Virus record (IMG/VR): IMGVR_UViG_3300035676_000016
Location: 1 to 44,906 of that record
Source of the DNA: a virus
Taxonomy: Duplodnaviria; Caudoviricetes
DNA length: 44,906 nucleotides
Reading direction: 5' to 3' (one strand)
The notes below the pieces were generated by a model. It had not been told where the DNA came from. It made no database searches and saw only the letters and a program-made list of their open reading frames with translations. Position 1 is the first letter of the stretch, and each line of letters opens with the position of its first letter. Both the position numbers and the translations under genes were made by a program. Shown here in pieces: positions 15,163 through 25,218 of the stretch.

Positions 15163-17556
15163 CTACACGCCCTCAAGGGCTGCAACTTTGGCCTCGAGGG
15201 TTTCGATCTTGGCGATAGCTTCTTGGAGCGCAGCCGTCAGCAGGGGTACCAGCTTGGATTGGTCGATGCCTTGGTAGACGGGGTTGCCGTCGGCATCCAC
15301 TTCATCCTTGGTACCCGTGACGCACTCAGGAACCACGGCCTGGGCTTCGTGGGCGATGAAGCCGTCAACCGTGCGGTCAGGGGCAGCAATGAAGTTGAAG
15401 CGGTGAACTTGTAGTTGATTGAGGCGATCAACGGCGCCGGTCAGTGGCACTACATTTTCTTTAAGGCGATAATCTGAAGATGTATTGAAAGAAGTACTCG
15501 CAGTGGTTGCTGAGATTGAGCCTTTAGTGCCGCCTTGAATCTGAAAATCAATAAGTGTTGCGGATGCCGAGGACGAGCAAAAGCTTGTTGGGCTACCGCT
15601 GGCGTTTCTTATGGCTACGCAGTTGGCGTTGATGTTGGCCGCATCACTAGTCGTGCCAATAGAGATATTTCCTGCGCTATTAATCGTCATCCGCGTCGTC
15701 GGGCTGCTGGCTCCGTCGGCGGTGGTGCTGAAAACCAGGCGGCCCGGCATGTCGTTAGCGCCGGGGGTACCGTCTACATAAGCATTGATAGATGCACCAC
15801 TTACCGGCTTTGTGCCGTCTGTACCAGTAAAGTTAATGCCACCTAGCTCATCTCCATTCGCGACAATAGTATTTGAGCCTGCCGTCGTACCACGAGAAGT
15901 GATGAATGCAAGTAACGCTCCACCAGTGGTTGTGCCTCCGTTAAAAGCAAGGCTTAGCCCTCGATCACCGAGATTTCCACTCGTTTCAAACTGCACCGAA
16001 GGTGCATAGGTGCCGTTGTAAAGATTGCCCCGCGCCGTACTCGTCCCCACCAGCAGCCTGCCGGAGCTCTCGATGCGGGCGCGTTCGGTATTTGACGTAA
16101 ACCACCGATGAATACCTGTTGCACTGCCACCGGCCCAATACTGAAAGTCGGCAGCATCACCAACTGTGACTCCGTAAGCCTCGGCGCCATCGTTGTAGAG
16201 GTAGAACTTAAGTTTTTGGTTGGTGGCAGGAGATCCAGTGTATGTATTGTCTAACCGTATTGCAGTTGGCGTTGCAGATACGGTTGGGGTTGTATTGCCA
16301 CCAACTGTTAGTCGTTCAGTTGGATTACTCGTCCCCACCCCCAAGCGGCCACTGGAGTCGATGACAAGGCTGTTAACTGGTGCGCTGCCGTTAAAACTAA
16401 CGGCTTGTGTTACGCCTGCGGTGCCGGCACCTTTGAACTGGAAGCCACCGCTGGCATCCAGGCGTATGCGCTCGGTGGCGTTATTGTTTCTGAAAACAAT
16501 CGGCGTTGTTGTATCGTTTGCGGTTGGACCAATAGCAAAGAAAACACCAGGAGCGTATGAAATAGCTGCCTGGCCACTTGATCCACTAACCGAGCCTACG
16601 GAAAAGAGTTGCTGCGTATATCCATTGCTGGCCAAGTTGGCAAGGTTTACACTGGCATATGATGCAGCTACGTTCTTGCTGGCTTCAATGAGAACGTTTG
16701 AATTTGTAGAAGCGGCTCCGATGCCAACATTCCCACTTGCATCAACAAACAACCGCCCCGTGCCGCCGGTGCTGATGGCGAGCTGGTCGGCGCCGGGGGA
16801 ATAGATGCCGGTGTTGGGGTCGCCGGTGAAGGTGACGCTGGGTGTTGCAGCGGCGCCGAGGCCGAATTGCACCGTTTGGGCGCCTTGCTCCAGGACCACC
16901 GTGCCGGTGATGTTGGGCAGCGTGATGGTGCGGTCGGCGGTGGGGTCCACCACGGCAATGGTGGTCTCAAAGCCGTCGGCAGTGGCACCCTCAAAACTCA
17001 GGCTGCCGGTAGTGCCGATCTCGAGGTTGCCGGTGACAGTGCCGCCGGTCAGGGGTACTGCAGCAGCGGCCAGGTCGTAGGCGGCTTTGACTGCCGTGCT
17101 CGAGGCAATCGTGGTGGAGCTGGTGGTGGTGGCGCTATCCGAGAGCTTGGATTGCAGGCCGGCGGGCGTTACGGCGCGGGCGGTGTCGCTGCCGGTTTGG
17201 GTTTCGGCGTTGGTGGCCAGTTCCAGCAGACCTTGGACGGTAGTGCTACCAGACGGCGTGGCATTGGCCCAGGCGGTGCCGTCCCAGATCTTGACGCCGA
17301 CGGGAGTGAGGCTTGTGTCCAGCCACACTTCGCCGGTGCTGTTGCCGGTGCTGCCACCGCTACCGGGGGTGGCGTTTGGGGCGGTCGTACCAACGTGAAC
17401 TGGGCCGATTTTGATAATCGTGGCGCCAGTGGAGTCCTTGAAGAACAGCCCCGGAGAGGTTGCGTTCGTGTTGAGCGCGATTTGACCGTCGGCAATGGCG
17501 GTTGTGGGGCGCTTGTTCGCGGTGCTCGAACGCAGACTCTTATGGGTAGATGCCAT
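15163..17556 (-). CDS. Tail fibre with C-terminal intramolecular chaperone (peptidase S74)
   Basis: Repeated (T)ER.RID.SG.VGIG units; TSSDYRLKENV cleavage motif; GFIAHE..VVPE; IDQSKLVPLLTAALQE coiled coil. Confidence 0.9.
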   Translation of the reverse strand: MASTHKSLRSSTANKRPTTAIADGQIALNTNATSPGLFFKDSTGATIIKIGPVHVGTTAPNATPGSGGSTGNSTGEVWLDTSLTPVGVKIWDGTAWANATPSGSTTVQGLLELATNAETQTGSDTARAVTPAGLQSKLSDSATTTSSTTIASSTAVKAAYDLAAAAVPLTGGTVTGNLEIGTTGSLSFEGATADGFETTIAVVDPTADRTITLPNITGTVVLEQGAQTVQFGLGAAATPSVTFTGDPNTGIYSPGADQLAISTGGTGRLFVDASGNVGIGAASTNSNVLIEASKNVAASYASVNLANLASNGYTQQLFSVGSVSGSSGQAAISYAPGVFFAIGPTANDTTTPIVFRNNNATERIRLDASGGFQFKGAGTAGVTQAVSFNGSAPVNSLVIDSSGRLGVGTSNPTERLTVGGNTTPTVSATPTAIRLDNTYTGSPATNQKLKFYLYNDGAEAYGVTVGDAADFQYWAGGSATGIHRWFTSNTERARIESSGRLLVGTSTARGNLYNGTYAPSVQFETSGNLGDRGLSLAFNGGTTTGGALLAFITSRGTTAGSNTIVANGDELGGINFTGTDGTKPVSGASINAYVDGTPGANDMPGRLVFSTTADGASSPTTRMTINSAGNISIGTTSDAANINANCVAIRNASGSPTSFCSSSASATLIDFQIQGGTKGSISATTASTSFNTSSDYRLKENVVPLTGAVDRLNQLQVHRFNFIAAPDRTVDGFIAHEAQAVVPECVTGTKDEVDADGNPVYQGIDQSKLVPLLTAALQEAIAKIETLEAKVAALEGV

Positions 17557-17593
17557 TCCCTTAACTCCGGCCGGACGGGATTACACCAGTAGT

Positions 17594-17764
17594 TTAATAC
17601 TCGCCGTCATCGAGGACGACATCGTAGGTCTCGAAGACGTGGGTGAAGTCGCGCCAGGCCGTGTAGTAGTTGGGGGCTTGCACCTTTACAAGCACGTCCC
17701 CGGGCTGACCGCCGATGGGGACGTTCTCGGCGCTGTAGACAAAGGATTCTGTGCGGTGTGACAT
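17594..17764 (-). CDS. Small tail-associated protein (56 aa)
   Basis: MSHRTESFVYSAENVPIGGQPGDVLVK...VVLDDGEY; abuts the upstream stop; missed by the ORF track. Confidence 0.7.
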   Translation of the reverse strand: MSHRTESFVYSAENVPIGGQPGDVLVKVQAPNYYTAWRDFTHVFETYDVVLDDGEY

Positions 17765-19987
17765 TTAGTACGTCCCATCGTCCACGACTCCAATGGACAT
17801 GGCGCCGGTGCTGTTATCGACGAGGACTTCAGTGGATTCAAGGACCGTACCGATTTGCGTGGTGGTGGCGATTTGAGTGCGGCCCCACAGCAAGGTCAGA
17901 GCGTCACGAACGTCGGTCACCACCGGCATGTTGGGAGTGAAGTACGTGCCGTCGCAGAGGATGTCGTAGTCGTTGAAGGTGCCAGTGGCGCCAGATACAA
18001 CGGCAATCTTTGTCCAGTTGGCGCCGGTGCCTTGGCTAAGAACCCAGTCGCCCGCGGCCAGGGATACGGTGGGGGCTGGTGTGGTGCCGGTGCCGGCGGT
18101 GGTGGCGATCAGGTAGACGCCGTTGTTTTGTGGGTTGGGGGCCGTCAGCGATTGGCCGATGGTGAGGCCGGCCTCGGTGCCGTACTGGTTCAGGCTGACG
18201 ACGAGGTTGGTTGAGGCGTTGTAGGTGCCGCCAAAACGCAGGTTGAGTTGGGTGGGTGAGCCGTAGCCCACAAGCAGCCAGTAGCCGTTGGGGGTGGGGC
18301 TGACGGTGCCGATCCAGATGTAGGCGGAGCGGTCGGATGGGTTGACCCACCACTGGCCGGCGAACTCGGGGGTGGGGGCTGATTCGCTGACTTGGGCGAT
18401 GCCGTAGTCGGCGAGTTGGGCTGCGCTGACGCTATTGGCGGCAAGGAACGCACCGCTAAAGGTGCCGGTGGTGATCTTGCTGGCGTCCAGACTCGGGATG
18501 TCTGCCGCGACCAGGGTTGCGCCAGTGCTGATGTGGCCTTGGGCGTCAACCGTGACTTTGGTGTAGACGCCGGGGCTGACGATGTTGGTGTGATTGAGGA
18601 CGCCGCCGGCGGCGACGGTCAGGCCGGTGCCGGGTTGGATGGCGCCATTCGTACCCGCAGCTGCAACGGGGAGGTCAGCTGCGACAAGTGCTCGGAAGCC
18701 GGGTGTGGTGGCCGAGCCAGTCGTTGGGCCGACAAAGACGGTGTTGGCGTTTTGGTTTTCAAGGCCGGTGGTGATGGTGGCGACACCGGCGGCGCTGACC
18801 GAGGCGCTGAATGTCAGCGGGGTGCCGTCGGTAAAGGCGAAGCTTTGAACGCCTGCCTGTTGTTGCCAGGCTGTGCCGTCCCAGACGTAGGCGAAGCCGG
18901 TGTTGGTGTTAAACCACTGCTGGCCTTCAAATTGGCCGCTGCCGCTGGGGGCGTTGCCCGAAACAACGGTGCTGGAGTCGGCGGCCAGTTTGGCGCCGGT
19001 GACGGAGGCGGCACCGAGTTCGTCGGTGGTGACTGCGCCGGTGGCGATCTTGGCGGTGGTCACCGCGTCGGTCGCGATGCTTGCGGCGAAACTGCCGGTG
19101 CCGCTGCCGGTGACATCACCTGTCAGGGTGATGGTTTGGTCGCCGGTGTTGGTGCCAGAGCTGGTGCCGCTGAAGGTGCCGCTGAAGGTGCCACTTTGGG
19201 TGGCGAGCGTTCCAAGGCCGAGGGTGGTGCGTTGGGCGGCAGCGTCAGCATCGTCTAGTAATGCGCGGCCGGCGCTCGTGCAGGCGATTTCTTCGACATT
19301 TCCAGCCCCGGCGCTGGACCGCCCCAACAGCAGATCGGTGGTGCTGGTCTGTTGGAGTTTGGTGTACGTGACGGCATTTGTAGCCAGCTCCTGCGTGCCG
19401 ACGGCGCCGTCGGCAATGGCAGATGCGGCAATGGAGCCCGGAGCGAACTTAACGGCAGTGATCGTGCCGTCCGCGATCTTGGCGGCGGTGATGGCGCTGT
19501 CAGCGATGGCGGCCGTTCCGAGGCCGGCGGCATCGACTTTGGCTGTGGTGACTGCGTTGGCTGCAAGCTTGCCGGTGGTGACCGCAAGGTCTTCGATGCC
19601 GGCGGTGGGGGTGATTACTTGCTGGAAGGCGCTGCCGTCCCAGACACTTAAGTGTTTGGTGTTGCTGTTGACGTGGCCGCGACCTTCGAAGTTGTCGGTG
19701 CTGGGTGCGGTGGGACCGTAGTTAATGCTGGAATCGTCGGCCAGCTGGGCGGCGGTGATGGCGTCGGCTGCCAGCGATGTGGTGCCGAGTTTGGTGACGC
19801 TGCTTTGGTTGAGCTTGCTTAGATCGATGCTGGCGCTGTCCGCCAGGAGTGCCCCAGCCTCGAACAGGTCCTTAGCTGTGACTTTTTTGGTTTCGCTTGC
19901 CGAGATGTCGACGATGGGCAGCACGTCCGTCGCTGCTACGTCGGCTTCGGTTAGCTGCGTAAGCTGGGTAATGCGTTGGTCGGCCAA
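17765..19987 (-). CDS. Long tail fibre / fibre shaft protein
   Basis: Many AVTTAKIA-type repeats; YTKVTVDAQGHIS; N-terminal ITQL..L...DVLPIVD..ETKK. Confidence 0.85.
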   Translation of the reverse strand: MADQRITQLTQLTEADVAATDVLPIVDISASETKKVTAKDLFEAGALLADSASIDLSKLNQSSVTKLGTTSLAADAITAAQLADDSSINYGPTAPSTDNFEGRGHVNSNTKHLSVWDGSAFQQVITPTAGIEDLAVTTGKLAANAVTTAKVDAAGLGTAAIADSAITAAKIADGTITAVKFAPGSIAASAIADGAVGTQELATNAVTYTKLQQTSTTDLLLGRSSAGAGNVEEIACTSAGRALLDDADAAAQRTTLGLGTLATQSGTFSGTFSGTSSGTNTGDQTITLTGDVTGSGTGSFAASIATDAVTTAKIATGAVTTDELGAASVTGAKLAADSSTVVSGNAPSGSGQFEGQQWFNTNTGFAYVWDGTAWQQQAGVQSFAFTDGTPLTFSASVSAAGVATITTGLENQNANTVFVGPTTGSATTPGFRALVAADLPVAAAGTNGAIQPGTGLTVAAGGVLNHTNIVSPGVYTKVTVDAQGHISTGATLVAADIPSLDASKITTGTFSGAFLAANSVSAAQLADYGIAQVSESAPTPEFAGQWWVNPSDRSAYIWIGTVSPTPNGYWLLVGYGSPTQLNLRFGGTYNASTNLVVSLNQYGTEAGLTIGQSLTAPNPQNNGVYLIATTAGTGTTPAPTVSLAAGDWVLSQGTGANWTKIAVVSGATGTFNDYDILCDGTYFTPNMPVVTDVRDALTLLWGRTQIATTTQIGTVLESTEVLVDNSTGAMSIGVVDDGTY

Positions 19988-20025
19988 CTTACGGAGCCTC
20001 GCGAAACGACGATTCTTAGGTCAGT

Positions 20026-20898
20026 CTAGTCTGTGACTTCTGTTAGCAGGAAGTCCAGGTTCTGCTGCAGCCGTATGCGGTCGGTGTCTTCCTTAAGGAT
20101 GTAACCAGAAGGTTCACCGATGAGTAGCTTGATTTCGCCGGTGGTTACGAAGTCAATTGCGCAGTTAATGGTCTGATCTGCGGCTACTTCGATTCCGGTG
20201 CGAGTAACCATTGCCTGGAACTCGTAGTATATGTCTTGCGTTTCTGCGTATACGTTGTCTTCGGTCAGCTGTAGGTAGCAGTCGAACTCGCTGCCGATGT
20301 CGGTGCGGTTGATCAGTTGCAGCATCAAGAGTGAGCTTTCGCCTAGGCCACTATTGTTGGTGTTGAAAATACAGTCGATGGAGCCGGAACCGCTGATTAG
20401 ACCAGCCGAGTACATGCGCTGGAAGCGGTCGGACATCGTTGTGGTCACGAGCGCCTCGCGGTCTGTATTGAAGGTGTAGCTCTTTACGTCACCGAGGACA
20501 CGCTCTACGGATCCGTAGATCTGTACGGAAATTGGAAGTGCGCTGCCAGTGAAAGCCTCTAGCGGGTATTCCGCTGAGCGATCGTTGTTTATGGCGGCGG
20601 GGAATGTGGCAAACAGTCGGATGCCGCCGATAGCATTGATGTTGCAGTACACAACGACTTCGTTCTGCGTTTCTCCCCCGCCGTCGGGCCAGGTAGAGGT
20701 TGGTAGAAAATCCAGACCGCGTGGGTCGCTGGTACTGATTTGAAGTTGATCGCCGGTGAGAATGTTCTCGGTGGAGCCGTCAAAGCCGAAGCGATTTAGC
20801 GTTGTATTGACATCCGCGGGTAGTACCGAGCTGGTGAACGTCCCAGCGGCTTTGCGGCGCAGCTTAATTTTGCCGTACTGCCCTAGGAAGTAGGTCAT
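20026..20898 (-). CDS. Tail protein, tail-tube-fold paralogue
   Basis: VKSYTFNTDRE.L.TT..GSGSID..FQAMVT..DFVTTG aligns by eye with the major tail tube. Confidence 0.75.
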   Translation of the reverse strand: MTYFLGQYGKIKLRRKAAGTFTSSVLPADVNTTLNRFGFDGSTENILTGDQLQISTSDPRGLDFLPTSTWPDGGGETQNEVVVYCNINAIGGIRLFATFPAAINNDRSAEYPLEAFTGSALPISVQIYGSVERVLGDVKSYTFNTDREALVTTTMSDRFQRMYSAGLISGSGSIDCIFNTNNSGLGESSLLMLQLINRTDIGSEFDCYLQLTEDNVYAETQDIYYEFQAMVTRTGIEVAADQTINCAIDFVTTGEIKLLIGEPSGYILKEDTDRIRLQQNLDFLLTEVTD

Positions 20899-21389
20899 GC
20901 GTTTACGCGTTCACGGAACGGCCCATCAACAGTAAAGCTGATCGCCACTGATGACAGCTCGCCAGTGGAGACCTGCAGGGACGCGCTAGTGATGTAGGCG
21001 TTAAAGGCAATGTCATCCTTAATGTCTTCACCGCTGCCAGCAGTTCTGCCAACACGGAGGACAATGCCAACACGGTCGTTCCCACTTACACCAGCAACGC
21101 TGGTCTTCATGATTCTGTTGAGGAATTGATCGAACTGCACCCCGGGCTCGGTGCTTGTCGTACCTTCGCGGCGGTAGTACAGCACGGTGGCGCTGCCGGT
21201 GGAGCTGACAGCTCCGGGGGTGAAGGATTTTACGGCGGTGTCAACTGTGGTGGTTTCCAGCAGTTCCAAGGTCGTCTCTAGCGACCAGTCGCGCAGTTTC
21301 AATGCTTGCTGCGAGACATCTACCGACACATCGCCAGCGCCATCGGGGATCAGGAATAGCGCTCCGGTTCGCCCAGTGAAAAAAGCCAT
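20895..21389 (-). CDS. Tail protein, tail-tube-fold paralogue
   Basis: LRDWSLET..LETTT..STGSATV..IAFNAYITSASL..SFTVDG. Confidence 0.78.
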   Translation of the reverse strand: MAFFTGRTGALFLIPDGAGDVSVDVSQQALKLRDWSLETTLELLETTTVDTAVKSFTPGAVSSTGSATVLYYRREGTTSTEPGVQFDQFLNRIMKTSVAGVSGNDRVGIVLRVGRTAGSGEDIKDDIAFNAYITSASLQVSTGELSSVAISFTVDGPFRERVNA

Positions 21390-21415
21390 GGGTCTACGCC
21401 TTCAATAAATCCATC

Positions 21416-24400
21416 CTAGCTGCGCACTGTAAATGCAGAGTCGCTGAAGTCTGCCAGCAGCGATTGTCCGTCTGTTGTACAGGGGTAGATAGTGGCGCGG
21501 ACCGTGGTTTCGCCTTCCTCGTCCATTTGCACCTCGCTGACTCGGAAGACTCGCCTAGAGGTTGCCTCTACGCCCAGTACAAATAAGAATCCCTCGTAGG
21601 ACCGGAGGGCGTCAGAGCGGCCGTTCGCGATCTGAACATTGGCCAGGTTTATCAGACCGCGATCACTGCGGTACAGCTTGAAGTTGTACGAACCGTTGAT
21701 GACGGTGTTGTCGAGGGGGGTGTTGAGCGTGCCGTCGGTTGCGATGACGCCCGTGCGGATGGCGTCCCAGCTGTTCTGGCCGATGTCCACGTAGATATAG
21801 GCACCAGGGGAGATGGGGTCGGAGGTGGGGTAGGTCTTGAACTCGATGGCCTGGCGGATGTAGCGGCGGGTGTTACAGATCAGCTTGCCGAACAGAATGG
21901 CCTGATCGAGGTTCGAGACGTAGGCCGATAGGTCGAAGGTCTGGCGGATCGCGTCGGCTTCGAGGGTGTCCCTGCGTTGAATATCAACGGATCGTTTTTT
22001 GGCAAATACGGCCTCGGTTGGGACTTCGGTGTAAATGATGGTCGCGATCATGTCTTGAACGTTGGAGCCATAGTCGAGAAACTCTTCCCTATAGGAGTCC
22101 TCGAGGATGTTGCCCGTGTTGAAGATGGCGCTGACGTTCACCGTGCGGGTGATGGCGCCTGTTGTGGCGTCGTAGGGGACTGCAGGGACCAGCGTTTCGC
22201 GGCCGCCGATTCGGGCAAACTCCAGCAGGTTGAAGGGCGCGACTTCGACCCAGAACTCGCGCCAGCTGCGGGGGCTTGCAATTACGCAGTCCATGAACAG
22301 CTTGTTGCGGATGCAGAACCGTTTGGTGATGGCGAGCTGGCGCACGTCAATTCCGCTAGCTACGGCGTAGTTGCCGATGCCGTCTTCCTTGTCGAGAACC
22401 GTGTCGAGGAAAATGTCGGGCGCCACGCTGCTGGCACCGTTTGGTGCTGCCGGGTAGTAGGAGTAATTGGTGCTGCCCCAGGTGCGGCCTTCCTCGTCTA
22501 CGCCTGATGTGCGGATGCGTCGGACAGAGCGGCCCTGGGTTGCGAAGACACTGAGGGATCGGAGGTCTTGGATTGTCTTGCCGGAGTAGGCGTTGAAGCC
22601 GAACAAGGCAAGGTTTTGGTACAGCCGGCGAATAACTACATTGCGGCTGTTTCGTTGGGCGTAGTCCGTAAATGGCTGGGCCAGTTGCTCGGTGACGGCA
22701 GTGATGGCGATCTCGGGGCCGTTGTCAAAGGAAAACTGGATTTGGGTGTCAGAGTCGTAGTTGAACAGGTCCCACTCGTTGAGACCCGTCGGGTTGTTGT
22801 TGTATGGGGGGAAGCTGCCGTTGGCCGAGGTCATGGCGCGACCTACAAACTGGACGTTGGGCGAGATGGTCTGGTTGTTGCGCAGTTTGTAGGGGGCCAG
22901 GGGCTGTGTGACTGCAGCGCCGCTGTTTTCGAGGTAGTAGAAGGTGTCGTTGACGGCGGCCTCGGCCACTGGGTCGCTGATGGGCTCTAACTCAAAGGCC
23001 CAGTTGGTGGCGTTGTCGGGATCGGTGATGCCACTGTTGAATTTGATAAAGACGAAGTTCTCGTTGTCGGCAGCGCGGCGAACGGCAAAGATTGCCGGGA
23101 TGGTGACCCATAACTTTTGTCCGATCTCGCGGTAGCGGACCTTGAACATCGCCACCCGCATCTTGATGCCGTTGTCGCTTACGGGGTATCCAGCGCGGCG
23201 GCCGCTGCCGTATTCCTGCTGACGGCCGTTAATGCGCTTGTACACCAGCGCTTTTAGGGCGAAGTCGACAATGTGGCAGGCGCTTAGGGTTTCGTACTGG
23301 GCTGTGGCCACGCGTACCAGTGCTTTCGTATAAAAAATATCGGCTTGCCTGCCGGTAGCGTTTAGAAAGTCTTCAAGGGCACCATACCGACGGAGCAGAG
23401 CAGCTTCCTCTGTCGTAAGATCCCGCTTCTTTGTGTAACCAGTAAGAACGCTTATGTTTCTGTACCAGTAGCTGTATGAAAAAGCGAGGCCGTTAACCGC
23501 ATAAAACTGCCATCCGTCACCAGCTGGTTTGGGCAGAGTCGCCGGGCTGGTTTCGCGCTGTGACACATAGTTTGCCGTGTAGATCTCTTTGCTATCGGCC
23601 AGTTGGTAGGCGGAGGTGATCTCGGCTCTTTGGTCTTCGTTAAGGAGGTTTATTGCCGTTGGGCGGAGACGGTTGTACTCGTCTCGTTCGGCTGGCGTGA
23701 CTGAGCCGGTTGTAGTGGTAATGCTTGTTGAGGCGTATGTGGCTGACGGGCCGCGACCGGCCTCGATGCACTGGAGCTTGACCGCAACACTGGTTTCATC
23801 GATTGATGTGTTGGAGATGGAGATGACTTTGAAGCGGGCGGTGCCCAGCTTGAAAATTCCGGCCGAGTCGAAAACGCTGACCAAGCTACGGCGAGCGTCT
23901 TTTGCTTCGCGCGTTACGTCGGAGTCCCTGCTGTTTTCTGCGGTGCGCGCAAATGTCACACTCAGAACTTCGTTGAGGCTGATTTGTGAGTTCGTGCCTG
24001 CAGTCCAGTTCAGTCCGGTAGCTGAAATGCCGAGGCTTGCGACTGTTTTGTCGCCGGTGGAGTTGCGAACATATACTTCGACATTTAGCGGCACTACGCC
24101 GTAGATGCCGACGGTGTTCGAGGTTGTTGGTGAGTATGCCTGGCTGAAGCCGTCGATGCGGTTATTGGTTGTGCTCGGTTGGATGCGGTAAGGGTTGTCG
24201 GTGAGTTTGCCGTAGGCGGTGGGGTCGGATGCTTCTGCGTTTTGAAGCTCGTGTTGGCGCTGCAGGAAACCGGTTCCTGTTGGATTGAAGTACATCCACA
24301 GGTTTTCCGTGATCAGATCGCGGACAGGCGTCTGGCCGAAGGCGCTTTTGTTTTGGTCGATGGCTGTGATGGCACCACCGCTCAGCATCAGCAGCATTTG

Positions 24401-24844
24401 GATGAACTGGCTAGAGCCGTAGCTGCGGACAGCGGACCAGAGCAGCGAGGCTGCGACGCGCACACCGCCGTTGGGGTTGGCGCCAGCGGTCGAACCGCGA
24501 TTGGCATAGACAAGGTTGACCGGATCGCCGTAGCTCGACAGCTCTTGGGTCGAGTTGAAGCCGAAGCGGGGGGAGAATCGCTCGTCCCGCGACTGGGCCT
24601 GGCCACTGGCCTGATCGGGTGCGCCGAACTTTGGGATAGAGGGGCGCGGTGCGAGTAGGGCTGCGCCGATTTGGAAGAGGATCCCGACGACGGTTAGGAC
24701 AATGGCGGTAACCCCGAAGTCTGCCGTAGGTCTGCCGCCGAAATCTGGTAGCTCTTGTAGTGCTAGGAATTGCAGGTACTCATCTTTGCTGACGCCAAGC
24801 GCTGCGATGAGGTCGTGCTCGTAGGGCAGCAGCTTGCGGGTCAT
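21416..24844 (-). CDS. Tail tip attachment / central fibre protein (lambda gpI/J-like)
   Basis: 1142 aa after an NlpC/P60 gene; N-terminal hydrophobic helix, then F.STQEL..YG.PV.LVY. Confidence 0.8.
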   Translation of the reverse strand: MTRKLLPYEHDLIAALGVSKDEYLQFLALQELPDFGGRPTADFGVTAIVLTVVGILFQIGAALLAPRPSIPKFGAPDQASGQAQSRDERFSPRFGFNSTQELSSYGDPVNLVYANRGSTAGANPNGGVRVAASLLWSAVRSYGSSQFIQMLLMLSGGAITAIDQNKSAFGQTPVRDLITENLWMYFNPTGTGFLQRQHELQNAEASDPTAYGKLTDNPYRIQPSTTNNRIDGFSQAYSPTTSNTVGIYGVVPLNVEVYVRNSTGDKTVASLGISATGLNWTAGTNSQISLNEVLSVTFARTAENSRDSDVTREAKDARRSLVSVFDSAGIFKLGTARFKVISISNTSIDETSVAVKLQCIEAGRGPSATYASTSITTTTGSVTPAERDEYNRLRPTAINLLNEDQRAEITSAYQLADSKEIYTANYVSQRETSPATLPKPAGDGWQFYAVNGLAFSYSYWYRNISVLTGYTKKRDLTTEEAALLRRYGALEDFLNATGRQADIFYTKALVRVATAQYETLSACHIVDFALKALVYKRINGRQQEYGSGRRAGYPVSDNGIKMRVAMFKVRYREIGQKLWVTIPAIFAVRRAADNENFVFIKFNSGITDPDNATNWAFELEPISDPVAEAAVNDTFYYLENSGAAVTQPLAPYKLRNNQTISPNVQFVGRAMTSANGSFPPYNNNPTGLNEWDLFNYDSDTQIQFSFDNGPEIAITAVTEQLAQPFTDYAQRNSRNVVIRRLYQNLALFGFNAYSGKTIQDLRSLSVFATQGRSVRRIRTSGVDEEGRTWGSTNYSYYPAAPNGASSVAPDIFLDTVLDKEDGIGNYAVASGIDVRQLAITKRFCIRNKLFMDCVIASPRSWREFWVEVAPFNLLEFARIGGRETLVPAVPYDATTGAITRTVNVSAIFNTGNILEDSYREEFLDYGSNVQDMIATIIYTEVPTEAVFAKKRSVDIQRRDTLEADAIRQTFDLSAYVSNLDQAILFGKLICNTRRYIRQAIEFKTYPTSDPISPGAYIYVDIGQNSWDAIRTGVIATDGTLNTPLDNTVINGSYNFKLYRSDRGLINLANVQIANGRSDALRSYEGFLFVLGVEATSRRVFRVSEVQMDEEGETTVRATIYPCTTDGQSLLADFSDSAFTVRS

Positions 24845-25218
24845 CGGTCCATCCAGAAATAGTGGCCAATGCCTTCGGGCAGTTGGCTACGCACTACATT
24901 CTGGCTTGGGGCAATTAAAAGTACATCGCTGTCTAGCGCCGTTGCTAAGGCTGCACCAGCTGCGCCAGGCAGCAGTACAACCGCTCCGTGTTCGGGGGCG
25001 TTGATGCGTCTGCCGTGTTCCAGGAGCCAGCGCACGATCAAGCGGCGGGGGAATGTCTCGTCCGCGTAGCTGTCGTAGACCCAGGCGAACTTGTCGGTGT
25101 AGCTGGTCAGGCCCAAGCGCTGGCGGACCTCGCACACCAGCTGGAAGCAGTCGGTTTTGCCTGATCCGTCGCCTGGAGCGTTGCCCCAGCCATAGCGCAA
25201 CCCGATTAGATCGTTCAC
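24841..25218 (-). CDS. NlpC/P60-like tail assembly protein (gpK-like)
   Basis: LIGLRY.WG...TDCFQL; position in the tail tip module. Confidence 0.8.
   Translation of the reverse strand: MNDLIGLRYGWGNAPGDGSGKTDCFQLVCEVRQRLGLTSYTDKFAWVYDSYADETFPRRLIVRWLLEHGRRINAPEHGAVVLLPGAAGAALATALDSDVLLIAPSQNVVRSQLPEGIGHYFWMDR

Noticed and set aside
17690-17710. Apparent frameshift in the 56-aa ORF
   Set aside because: Recount of the C run shows the frame is intact (CCC GGG GAC)
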